Shown: positions 11,725 through 23,730 of the stretch, in pieces
How positions within the stretch are numbered: the first letter of the stretch is position 1
Layout: the number at the start of each line of letters is the position of its first letter
Assembly: GCA_043228905.1 (NCBI GenBank)
Contig: JBHGNT010000001.1
Location: 24,428,001 to 24,492,000, forward strand
Direction: 5' to 3'
Source of the DNA: Azolla caroliniana
Taxonomy: Eukaryota > Plantae > Polypodiophyta
Length of the DNA: 64,000 bases
Position numbers and translations under genes: made by a program
The notes under the pieces: generated by a model
What the model was told of the DNA's origin: nothing
Database searches by the model: none
The model's input: the letters and a program-made list of their open reading frames with translations, nothing else

Positions 11725-13794
11725 ATGAGGGGATCGGACCTAGTAGAGGCAATGGCGGTGGCCGTCGACCGGCTGGTGAGCGCTCGTGAGGGGACAGGTA
11801 CCCTCGACAAAGCCAGTGAATTGATCGTCGACACTATAGGCCGTTTCGGAGGGAAAGACACCACAAGTTATTTGGAGGCTTACCGGGCCGAAATGATCAT
11901 GAGGGATATCCCGGTGGACAAGCGGCTGTCCGGATTCCCTCGGGTGGTGACGCCGGGCATCCACGCGGAGGTGCTCGAGGTGCTGGTCGGATGCCAAACT
12001 TGGGAGGAGTTTGAGTTGCAGCTCCTCGAGAAGTACGGGTTTGACGACTCTCTTCGGCTATCGGGGTGGGACTTCATGGTGTGGGTGGAAAGCCCTGGAA
12101 AGGGGAGGAACACGTCGGTGCTCCTCCAAGAGTTCGAAAAACGGTTCGCGCGGCTGTCGACGCTGGACCGGACGGTGCTCGAAACAAGTCGAGTACTACT
12201 GTTTGTCAAGTCGGTGGACGCGCTCGACAGGAAAAAGGTGGGTCCCCTATTGGAAACGGACGAGGGGCTCACGGCAGACTGGGCCGTGGTAAAACGGGTC
12301 TACAGCCGTTTCGACAAACGGCGCGATTGGAGCGACGGAAGCTCGTTGGGGTCGGGGCCGGCCGGTAGGAAGGAAGAGACCCGAATCTGGCCAGACTCGG
12401 GGTCGGCATCGAACGACGTGGTTAGAGGCCCATTCGGAGGAGCGGCTCTAGAGGAGCTGACACAGATGGTGCGCAACTTGCAGATCGCACAGGCCCGGAG
12501 AGACAGCGGCGAACAACCTCGCGACCGAAGGCCGCCGGCTGGGCAGCGGTGCATGTGGTGTGAGGCGATCGATCACGTTCGGAAGGATTGCACGGATTTC
12601 GCCGACGCACTCAGAACCAACGTACCTCTGGAACGGGTGTGTGCACGCGAGCGAGACCCGGACAGCTCTAGAATTGAATACGGGGCGCGGTGGAATGAAG
12701 AGGTTGATGGAAGAGGCCGCGGTACGGCACGTCGAAGCCGTTAACTACTCAGTGTCGGCGGGAATTCGGGTCGGGGGTGATGAGACCCGGAAGGCGAAGG
12801 ACTCCGGATCCTGGCCGCTAGTGCTAGAAGGCCTCTCCGGAGTTCGGCTGAAGAAGGAAGAGGCAGACTGCGCGGAACAGTGGGTCCAGGAGGTCACCGG
12901 ATGGGACGATCCGGTCGAAGAGAAAACGGGCTTCGTAGAAGCCGCTTGCCAGAACTACGAGGTTCTGGCGGAGGACAAACGGGCAAGAAAGGCCGGAGGG
13001 GTCGGCCCCCCGCAGAGGTATGAGACCCGGTTCGGACCGAAACCGACCAGTGCCGGCAACCCAGGCGTGCCGGACGGAAAGAAGCAGGCGGGGTTTCAGT
13101 TGAGCACTGAGATCGAAAGGTCCTGGAGGAACGTATCCTCGACAGCAAAGTGGAGTTGTCATTGCGGGAGGTGCTGGGAATCGCCAAGAGGGAGTTCCAC
13201 GACTCTATCGTAGACTTGGTGAAGCGGAAGAGGCTCTCGACGGAGCCGGAACCGGAGAAGCCGATGGAGGTACGGACCACGCACCTGGAAGACGAAGCCC
13301 TAGAAGACGACCTGGCGGGAAGCCACTTCACGAAGCCCCATTGGGCCAGGGCAACAACGGAAACCCTTGTACAGATCGGCAACGTTCTGGAACCGGTGGT
13401 GGCGTTGGTAGACCATGGATCCGAAATAAACTTGATGTCCATGGATTTCTACAAGGGTAAATGGCCGATCAACACCAAGCACGGATGGAAGATACGGGAA
13501 GCGACGCGCGCCATGGAAGAACTGCATGGGGCTTGTCCGAACGTACGGGTGAAAATCGGCGATGTCGAGATCGACCAGCACTTTTTCGTGCCGGAGACGT
13601 CCTCGCATCCGGTTATACTAGGAGAGCCATATATCACGGAGGCACGGATGGAGACCAAGGTGCTGGACAACGGTTCAGCCTATGCAAGAGTCAAGAGCTA
13701 GGACAGGCGTCACTTGGTCCAGTTCCTAACGGTGCGACCAAACCACAAGCGTAACCGCGAGGCCCTCGGTGGCGAAACCCGAGGGGATTTTTAG
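11725..13794 (+). pseudogene. Gypsy B gag-protease ORF (frameshifted)
   Basis: Zinc knuckle CMWCEAIDHVRKDC; protease ALVDHGSEINLM and VILGEPY; ends GDF* at 13792-13794. Confidence 0.88.
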
Positions 13795-16700
13795 AGAGGG
13801 CTATCAAGGCGTGGGGCCGCGATAGTCCATACACCCGGAAAGAACCCCACAAATGTACAATACGGAAGAAGACCTGTGCCATAGGTAGGGAATTTTGGTT
13901 CTCCGACAACGGAGGTTGTACTATAACCAGCGTTAGCGGCCGGGAGAGGAAGCGAGCGGAGGAGCGGCTCAGGGGATGCGGAGTCCTCTTCCCCGACGAA
14001 GACATCAGCGGCGCCGTGGAGGCAGTCTCTTTTGACGACACCTTGGGCGAATTGCAAAAGGTGATCGGTGAAGAACTTAGAGAAGACCGGACCGTTCCGG
14101 TAGGGTCGATGAGAATATACGAAGTCATCGCGGACTTCGGGGAAAGGATCGGGTCGGATCGGACGGCCCGCGTGGATACAAAGTACAAGACTGTGGACCG
14201 GAAGGTGAGGCCAGTCGTGGCACCCTTGCCAAAGGGCAGCGAGGAGCGGATAAAAGGGGTCACGTCGGACCCAAGTTTATGGAATCCGGCTGGCATAGGG
14301 CACCAATTCACCGACATAACGCTACGGGAGCTCAAGGTTGGTGGGGGCGGCTTCCTACTGCCTGCGGAGGAGGACCGGTTTCGGAGAATGCTCGGGAGGC
14401 ACGGGAGGGCTTTCACATTCTCACCGGAGGAGATCGGGTGTGTAGACCCAACAGTTGTCGAACCGATGGTGATCTTCATGGTACCGCATGTACCGTGGAA
14501 TCTCAAGCCGATTCCGGTGCCGAGAGATCACATCCCGAAGTTGATGGAGCTCCTGAAGCAAAAGGTGGAGATGGGAATCCTCGAACCGTCGAGTGCCCCG
14601 TATTCAAATCGGTGGTTTACGGTGCCGAAGAAGAACGGCACGCTGCGCTTCATTCAGGACCTGCAATCGGTCAACAAGGTGACCATCCGTAATGCAGGAG
14701 TCGGACCGACCATAGACGAGTTCGCGGAGGCCTTCGCTGGAAGGTTAATCTATTCTGTCAGTGATTTGTACTCGGGGTACGATCAGTTCCAACTAGCCGT
14801 GGAGAGCAGAGACATTATGATGATGCGGACTCCTCTCGGCCTAGTGCGGATGTGTACCCTACCACAAGGAGGGACGAACTAAGTGGCTCACATCGTGAAC
14901 GCGATGAACAAAGTGCTCAGGGATTGTATCCCGGATATCACCATGCCATTCTTAGACGACATCCCGATCAGGGGATGCCCGGTGGAGAAAAAGGACGAGG
15001 CAATCGGGCCGGACGGATGTCGGAATTTCATGGCGTCCCACATCGATGACTGTGAGAAGGTGTTGCAGAGACTAGAAGGCGCGAGACTCACCTTCTCCGG
15101 GGAAAAGTCGGCCTTCGGGCAATCAGAGATCATGGTCGTCGGGCATCTATGCTGACCATACAGTCGGAAACCGTCTCCGGCCAAAGTGGAAGCCATCTCC
15201 GCGATGAAGCATGATTGCAATTCGGTCACGGAGGTCCGCAGATTCTTGGCAGCATGCGCGTTCTACCACATCTGGATTCCGCACTACGCACATGTCACGG
15301 AACCCCTCTACGGACTATTGAAAAAGGGGCATAGCTTTGAGTGGAGGACGGAGCACACGGAGTCGGTACAGAGACTAAAGGAGGCGCTTAAAGTAGCGCC
15401 GGCTCTCCATAAAGCGGTTTACGGCAAGGATGTTCCCATTTGCGTGACGGTGGACACCAGCCCGACCGGGATCGGGTGGGTAATCAGTCAGGAGGAAAAG
15501 GACAGTGTATGATTCCTAATCCGGTTCGGGGCGAAGGTATTGAGCGAGCGGCAGCGAGGATACGCCCAAGTTAAGCGCGAACTTTGGGGTGTCATTTCGG
15601 CAGTCAAGGCCGACAAGGATTATCTGATCGGGACAGAGGTGATCATCGAGACGGACTGCCTGCCAATACTCGGCATGGTTTCCGGATGCGCGACGCCGGA
15701 CCTAGCAATGCTCCAGTGGATAGCGTACATTAAGTCCCTGAACCCGGAGATACGGCACATCTCCAGAAAGGACAATGCCATGGCCAACATGCTTTCGAGG
15801 GCAAGATTCAACGACGAAAACGGCATGGTTTCGGATGACGAAGAAGTCGGCGAGGGCTTCTTCGGGTCGGCTAACGTAACGAAAAGGAAAGGGAACACTC
15901 CGGCATTTAACGAATTTGACGAAAGCAGGTACGACGGGGAGTGGCTCCAAATCGGGAGGTTCCTACAGGCGATGACGCCGGACATAGCGTGGACAAGAGA
16001 AGAGGCGAGCCAGGTACGGAAGAAGGTGTACCGATGCTTCCTACCGGACGGTTGCATATGGAGGCACCCAAAGAAAAGAAACGGCATCCCGCTCTGAGTA
16101 ATGGCAAAGAAAGAAGAACAGGAGGAACTATTGGCAGCATTTCACGAGAGTCCCTGGGCCGGACACTGTGGAACGTGGGCCACGTTCGAGAAGCTGAAGG
16201 AGAAGTACTAGTGGCCGAAGTTGTACCAAGACGTGCATCGGTTCGTAACGACTTGTGAAAGTTGTCAGATGCACTCCGTAGTCTGACATCGGGACGAGCT
16301 ACACCCGACTTACCCGCCTGCGGTCCATTTCAAGTGGATGGTGGACTTGGTGACGATGTCGATGGGGGTAGGACAGATGCGATACCTGGTGCTTGCACGG
16401 GAAGACTTAACGAACCAGGTGGAAGGCCGTGCATTACAAAGCAAGACAACCACGGCGGTATGCCGGTACCTGATCGAAGAAGTAGTGTGTCGGTACGGGT
16501 GCGTCAGGAGGATCATGGCGGACCGGGGAGAGCTGGATGCGCGGGAGGTTGAGGAGCTGTTCGACCGGCTAGGCGTCAAACTCTCCCTCACTACGGCATA
16601 CAATCCGGAGGTAAACGGAAAGGTGGAACGTGGGCACGGGCCGATCGTAAAGGCGTTGGTGCATGCATGCGGAGGGCAGGTCAGGAATTGGTCGTGGCTC

Positions 16701-17278
16701 CTTCCTTACGCACTATGGGCAGACCGAACTACGCACAGTTCGGCGACAGGGTTTATGCCGTAGAGCTGATGTACGGATAGAAGCCGATCGAGCCGGTGGA
16801 ACGGACGGTTTCTTCATGGGTGGCGGTATATTGGAAGGACGAGATGAGTCGGGACGAGTTGCTGGCGGCGAGGATTCGGCAATTTGAGCGGAGGCCGGAG
16901 GATGTGATAAAGGCGAAGGAAAAGCTGCGAGTAGCAAGGGAGCGGAACAAGACCCGGTTCAACCGGACGCACCGATTGCGACCAAAGAAGATCAAGGATA
17001 GCGATTGGGTCTTGGTATACGACAGCAGCCTCGACAATCAGCACAAGGCGGTGTGAAAGTTCGCTAGGAGATGGTTCGGGCCCTACACGGTGACGAGCGC
17101 AAACGACAACGGCACGTACCACCTCGCGGAACTCGACGGTACACAGTTAGCGGTGTCCGTGGCCGGGAAGCGGATCAAAGAGTTCAAGAAGTGGTTCGAA
17201 GACGAGCCGGAGCCGGCGAGCGAGAGTGACGACGATGATCTGTTCGGGTCCGGCGGAGAATCGGAGAACAACGAGTGA
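13785..17278 (+). pseudogene. Gypsy B RT-RNase H-integrase in the -1 frame, with several stops
   Basis: WFTVPKKNGTLRFIQDLQ, DLYSGYDQF, LPQGGTN, FLDDIPI, VDTSPTGIGW, IETDCLP, ADRGE, YNPEVNGKVERGH, WFGPY; no chromodomain. Confidence 0.92.
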
Positions 17279-17347
17279 AGCCGGTTTTCTTCGGTGCCTA
17301 CCCGTCTCTGGCGCATACCGGTGGATGCGCGGTTTGGTGGGGGTGGA

Positions 17348-18051
17348 TGTCGTAAAGAAAACCGGCCATAGGCGGAATCGAAGAAAAAGGCGCCTGAACC
17401 GGCTCTTACACGAGTGGACGTGAGGATTGATATATTGTACATAATTTGTAATTAGGGCGACTGGTGTAAATACTAGGTAGCACATTTATTAGGGGATTTT
17501 GTGCGTATCTCTGTCGACAGGGACAGGGAATAAAGCAGTTTAGCTAAGGAAAAGGGGGCACCCCCCCTTTGGGGGGAACTATTTAAAGAGAGAGAGGAGG
17601 AAGGAACAGGGATCGCATGCTAGGGAGGACGAAGTGTTGTTGCAAATCTGAGTGCCGAGCTCTCTCTTCTCCTCCGGCCATTAGTCTCTGTAGGTCGGAA
17701 GCTTGTTGCCTCTGCTTCGTGGACAGCCCGTGCACTTCCAACAGAGGCTCTCCCCCCCCCCCCCTTTTTTTTTGTTTCTGGGAATCGAGTGAGTGTTGTT
17801 TGTGTGTGTCAATAGGATTCCCGTGTCGGGTCCATCACCGCCTTGCCGGTTGTAATCGTTAGAGTCGTATTCTCTTGTTATTGTAAACTCTTGTTATTGA
17901 AATCGAGTGTTGCGTTCTATATCTCTCCTTCTCGCTTCGCGTATCTACAAATCCCTCTCACTCTCTACCTCTCTCTCTCTCTCTCTTGCTCCTTGGTTCA
18001 AGACCCCCATGGTCCCACCCCTTCTACACGCGCGCGCGTAACTTCGCGACA
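17348..18051 (+). repeat. 3' LTR of Gypsy B (704 bp)
   Basis: Direct repeat of the 5' LTR, preceded by ggtgggggtgga. Confidence 0.95.
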
Positions 18052-18055
18052 ACGT

Positions 18056-21000
18056 GAAATGTGAATTTTCGGCCTAAGAGGTAATGCCGAAATTTACTAA
18101 TGTTGTAGATCATACCGAGGGCCTCTCGTTCTGTGGTTGAATAGTTCTTTTCCGTGGCCGAGAAACTTCGGTTAGCATAATACACTGGCCGATACCAATT
18201 TGGGGACGTGCATTGCATAAGTGCACTCCCGATGGCGATATCTGATGCGTCCACGAAAAAGTGAAAAGGTTCCGACCATATCGGGGGCTGTACAATTGGG
18301 GCATGCGAGAGCATTAATTTCAAAGCTTGGTAAGCCTCGTCCTCGATGGAAGTCCATTGAAAGGAAAGTCGATGCACCACCACGTGGAGTGGCATCATGA
18401 AATCAGCCAGGTGGCGTATCATCCACCTGTGCCATCTAATTTGTCCCAGAAATCGGCTGAGGTCCTTTGTGTTCGAGGGTGCGGGGGAGTTTAGGATGGT
18501 TTGTACTTTATCCGGATCCATGGCGATACCTTCTTGACTGACGATGTGCCCGAGTAGGTTGTCGCTTGTGACCAAGAATGCGCATTTTACCGGGTTTAAA
18601 CTTAACCGAGCCTGGCGACATCGATCAAGACAGAGACGTAACTGGGTCATGTGTTCCAGTCGCTGGCCATACACGGCGAAGTCGTCGAGAAAGACTTGCA
18701 TGAACGTCGGGATATACCCATTAAAAATTTTGGTGATGATGCGCTGGAAGGTGGCCGGCGCCGTTTTCAAACCAAACATCATTACTTCTACCACGAAAAC
18801 ACCCCATTCCATGAAAAATGTTGTTTTCTCCTGATCATCCGAGTGCATTATGATTTGGTTGTAACCACTGAACCTGTCTAGAAAGTTGTACCATTCGTGA
18901 CCTACCACCGTGTCGAGAATGCTATCCGTGAACTGGAGAGGGAATCCATCCGTGACCATTGCAGCATTTAGCCTTGTGGTAGTCGACGCAGACTCGGATT
19001 TTCTCGTTTTTCTTGGGGATGACTACGATTGGGCTTAACTATGTGGCGCGTTTTACAGGTCGTACGAACCCTACTCGGAGGAGCTTGTCTATTTCTTCCT
19101 TGACCCTAACTGCATAATTGGGGTTCATCCGTAGCGTCTTTGCTGAACCGACCGAGTGTTAGGGAGAAGATGGATCTGGTGTTGGTAGTATTGAGGGTCC
19201 AAACCCTTCATATCCGTGTAATACCATGCGAATACATCTTGATAATCGGTGAGTAAGCGTATGAGGGCTGCTCGTAGCAATGTGTAGGGTGCAAGGGTTC
19301 TCGTCCGAACCGAGGTTCAGTGTTTCGAGCATTGATACCTTCACTCGTTGGGAGATGGCGAGTTCACGTTCAAAAGCGTCCCGAGCGTGTCGTAATTCCG
19401 CGATGGTGGTGGGATCTGGCTCGTCCTGGGAAGGTGTATTCTCCATGACCTCCTTGTCTAGAGGTGTGCCGACGGCCGATATGGCGTCGATTTCGAAGAG
19501 GGGTATGATAGTGGGATGGTCTTCTAGGAAGTCATCCACCTCGTCCTCGACTAACCCGTCGAGCATGTGCACCCCTTCCGCGTATAACGGTGAGGTGTTG
19601 TGAGCCGTGGTTACGCGTTCTTCGGTTATGATCCGGACCTTGGTCTTTCCTCGGCGAAACAAGATCATGTTGCGCTGCCAATGTTGTTTGATATTTGCTG
19701 TGCGCAACCATTCTCTACCAAGTAACATTGGGTAGGCGCCCTGTGCTTTGAGTCGTAATACAACGGCCGAGATAGTGAACATGTGACCTCCTAGAGTAAA
19801 GTCGAGGTGGCGAATTAATCCGATGGGGCGAACCGATCGTGTATCAGCCATCCGAAGCCAAAAGGGGCAAGGTTCCCATTGATTCAGACCGAGTTTATGA
19901 CAGGTAGCCTCGCTGATGACATTCACGCCAAAGCCGTCATCGATTATGCACCCGTGCAGGTCCCATCCTTTAATCATAATTTTTATGGCTAGATTCTGAG
20001 CATCCATGAGGGGTGGACCCGTTCCTGGCTCGGTGAGGTGCACAGGTGGCGCCATGGAATGGGTGTTGGCCGTGAGTGTAGCCAAGGTGTCCCGCAAACG
20101 CGGCATGAGTGGTAAGAGTTTATGCAGAGGCAGGGAGATCCTAGAACTGGTAAGGGCGTCCCACAGCTGGTCATCTTCTGTCGATATGGATGGTGTCGAG
20201 GACTGTGGTGCTCCGATGGTCGCATCTCCCATTTCTGTATACATCCGCACCACATTGTTTTCGTTAGCCATATCAATCCATTCTTTGGCTGCTTGCCGGA
20301 CTTCATCCTGTACTTGCCATGGAGTGGCCTGGGCTTTACTGCGTGTTGTGACATTTTGCACGTCGGCCATAATACTATTCACGGCATGAGCCTTTCCGCG
20401 GTCTGTTGTTGGGCATTGCGTAGCGTAGTGATCGGGTTGGTTGCACTTGAAGCAGCTAACGGCGGCCGAGTTGTTGGTGCCAACCCGATCTGTGTGTACG
20501 GGGGGGGGGGGGGGGGGGGGGGGGGTGATTGATTCCCGGCCTCGTGTGTTGGTGGGTTGGTCCAGGGCGCGTTCGAGCTGCGCGGTTCATTTTGGGGGGG
20601 GTCCCGACGACGGTTGTCGTTATTCCTTCTATTGTTGCGCGATCCTCGGTGAGAGTTGCGTCGATCATTACAGCAATTTCTCTGATCGTATCGGTCATCC
20701 CGATCATCGTCATACCGATCATAATCGTCATTTGCCCGATACTGGTCATCCTGATAGCGATCACGGCGGTCATCCGATCTCCGTCGGTTGTCGTTTCGGT
20801 AACGGTCGTCGTCCCGACGGTAATCGTCATCACGGCGCCGCCTATCTGGCGATCGGGGTCATTAGTTATCCTGGTTCCGGTAGGATTATCGCTCGTCCTG
20901 ACGAGAGTATGTATCCTTGGGCTCGATTTGGCGAATCGGGGCCGTCGTTGTGCGGTTGAGCATATTGTATTCACATTGCTCGACAGTGTGAGATCGGGAC

Positions 21001-21150
21001 TAGTAGATCGGACATTGTGGCTGGTGAGGACATTCAAGGGCCAGATGGCCCGATCTCAAGAAAACTGTGCATTGGAGGGCTTGGCGGAAGCGATTTTCCT
21101 CCTGGGGAAGGGCGCTTTGCAGTGAACTCATAGAGAAAGTCGTGCTTTGC
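18056..21150 (-). pseudogene. Gypsy A gag (R/D-rich repeats), protease, RT and RNase H, disrupted
   Basis: ORFs 19159..20382 (PR) and 18024..18959 (FLDRFSGYNQI, MMFGLKTAPATFQ, VFLDDF, NYSTTEREAL). Confidence 0.88.
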
Positions 21151-21299
21151 TGTGTCCGATCGACGGCGAGGACACACGTTATGACTTGCTCGATCGTTTG
21201 GTTGGCAAAATTAGTACGTGGGAGAGTCGTCCGTAGAGGCTCCCGTAATGGAGGCTGAAGGTTGTCTTCAACGTAGTTTGCTGTGATCTCACAGCTCTA

Positions 21300-21312
21300 A
21301 CCGGGCGTGCCA
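21300..21312 (-). promoter_or_regulatory. Gypsy A PBS complementary to tRNA-Arg(UCU)
   Basis: Minus strand tggcacgcccggt, 3 nt after the LTR end. Confidence 0.8.
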
Positions 21313-21315
21313 AAT

Positions 21316-21811
21316 TGTGTTTTCCGTTCCTTTGGTAAACACCTTCAATGAGCCCACAGGCTATCGGGGTCAAGGGATCGTGTTACGTGGAAGCTTCTTC
21401 TACATGGGGGAAAAACAAGAACATGGATCGTACATGGGCTACAACCCGTTAAGTATGAATGTAGCCCGATTTACGAGTACGCGGAGAATCCAGAGATAGA
21501 AGTTCAGAAAAGACGACACTTATATTTCATGATAAAGATTACAGCGATTACAATATTCGGCCTCAGCCGGAAACAGTACGTACAGAGCTTGCTCCTATGA
21601 TATTACCCTCACTCAGAATGATCTCGGTATCCCCCGCTGCTGATGTACGCAGACCTCGGTTTATATACTTTTTTTCATACAGAACCGAGCCGTCAGCTGA
21701 CTGTGAGGCTCGAGGCTCGGCGTTTTCCTAAACTCTACCTTACTCACCTACTAACCTTACCTACCGGCGTATTATATTTAACTAATTGATCTTTTTGTCC
21801 CATGGACAACA
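21316..21811 (-). repeat. 5' LTR of Gypsy A (~496 bp)
   Basis: TGT...ACA termini adjacent to the PBS; TATA-like tatataaa on minus strand at ~21660; partner LTR not in window. Confidence 0.7.
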
Positions 21812-22369
21812 CTGTCTAAGATCCGTCCGGTTTTACTCACCTTGACCTTCTCGGTCGGCTTGTCTACTCAAGAGGCCCATCTCAGCTCCTTTGTTATTGT
21901 GACTTTGGCGCTTCTCGACTCGTTCATTCCTCCTTGTCAGCGTCAATTTCCATTGCCTTCTAGTCTGTTTGACCTTCTGTTGATTCGGCTTCACCACATC
22001 GGACCTTGTCCTGGTCTTGGCCTTCTTGTTCCAGTCAGCTCTCTCCTTCTTGACTCTACCACTATCGCTGCCTATTCTGACATTTTCGGATTTGCCAATT
22101 TCTTCAATCAACTGGCTCCCTTTTTCTTCTTGTCTCCCGTTGTTTCGGTCTTTTCCTCCTCTCTACCGGATGCGTCTCCACTTCCTTTACCTGTGTCTCC
22201 GGTTTCTATTCCGGTTCTCCCCCTCAAGTGCAGGATGTCGAGATATTGTAGCCCAAGCATCTCTGAAAAATGTTGTAACTTGTTCGATCTTAGTGGCTTG
22301 GTGAAGATGTCCGCAACTTGCCGATCCATGTGAACATACCGGAGTTTGATTTCACCACTTAGGACCTGG
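21812..22369 (-). mobile_element. Copia family X fragment: RNase H end plus post-RNase H extension
   Basis: QVADIFTKPL...LGLQYLDILHLRGR then KAKTRTRSDVVK...GAEMGLLSRQADREG. Confidence 0.85.
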
Positions 22370-23730
22370 TGTTCGGCCGTCCGAACGTTCTATCAAGGTG
22401 ATTGTGATAGAAGGATGGATAGGCGTACCGGTCAGTAACTAAGACTAATTCTCTGAGTAACCTTGATCGACACTAAGAATACAATCCACACACAGAATTA
22501 CTCTAACTAATAACTTATATTAATACCAAAATACTCAGCCTATATTCAGCAAGAACTATTACAAAAGTGTTTAACTAATTCTAATATATTTTTTTACTAC
22601 TTGGCAAAATGAACATTGTTGACTCATCAATCGGCTACGTCGATCCGACTCTAACTCTTCTATACTTTCGAACATCGTCGAAGCCGACCCTTTCACACTT
22701 GTACAATTCCGACTTCCTGACCCTATAGCCGACCAGCTAACACTTGGCATGCTTGTGGGACAATGCCTTGCATGGTCGAACCCATTGGCATCTCCTACTC
22801 TTGATTTGCGGTCGAGTCGGAGTCGTCATCATCATCGTCATCGTCATCACGGAGGATGTTGAACAATGACGGTTCTACTTTTGTTCCATGTTCGGTGTCA
22901 GTCATGTTCGCGTCTTTGACTAGCGTTTTAGCAACTTCTGCCTATGGTGGTTCAGTGGAAACTCCAAGTTCTGCAGCCTGATGTGGGCATTCTCGTTCGT
23001 AGCCATGTAAACGTACCGAACTATCGATGTCATGGGCATCAAATTCCTCCATCACATGTGTGATCTCCTCCCTATAGCAAGCGGCTAGTTCATACAAGTC
23101 ACGGGCGAGGTCTTCTTGCACCGATTTAATGGCTTCTTTGCTCATCTTGAAGAATCTCGGGCCCTGTTTGTTACGGTTATCCCTATCGTAGCGTAACAAT
23201 TACAGTTCTGTTGCATGCACCGATTAGGTCTTCCAACCTTTGTCGAGGGGTCAGCAACCAACTTCAGCATTTTGAGCTTGTTGTGAGCCTTTAGGACATA
23301 CATGTCAAACTTTGTCTTCGTTCATACTGACGCGATACAACATCGTGGCCAATTCCTTACGCATCTCGGCTATCCGAGCGTCTGTCGACCCTTGTTCTTG
23401 CATTGATTTAACTTCGGCCACCAGTAATTCCAGGCATTTGTTTTCATATTTAACTTTGATTTGGGCACAAATATGTGTCAATGTGGTATTTGCCGACTCA
23501 AGTTATCCCTTTTTCTGCTCATGCGCCGTCTGGATTTCTGATCGGTTGAGTATCATCTCGAACATTTGATTTGTAAAATATTCCTCCTGCACCCGGATAT
23601 TCTCCTCTAATTCATGTACTTTTTCTTCTTGTGTTGTCATCGCTTTCCATTGTTGCTCAAGCAACAACTTTAATTGTTCAATTGCATTCTCTTTATGATC
23701 CAACAATGCTCCTATTCCAGTTTTGGCATG
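22370..23730 (-). mobile_element. Unclassified TE fragment with a degenerate coiled-coil ORF and acidic tail
   Basis: Starts TGT where it interrupts Copia X RNase H; ORFs 23503..23706 and 22942..23199 are heptad-like; poly-Asp at ~22830. Confidence 0.45.

Larger units (their letters stand above)
10950..18051 (+). mobile_element. Structurally complete Gypsy (Gypsy B), Ylt1-like by motifs; coding regions disrupted
   Basis: LTRs 10950-11679 and 17348-18051 (TGTCG...CGACA), 4-bp TSD ACGT, tRNA-Trp PBS, G-rich PPT, gag-PR-RT-RH-INT order. Confidence 0.95.

Noticed and set aside
20500-20525. Long poly-G run (also poly-C at ~11353-11374 and poly-G at ~6135-6152)
   Set aside because: Homopolymer slippage or sequencing length error. 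The paired LTR has a shorter run, so there is no evidence of function.
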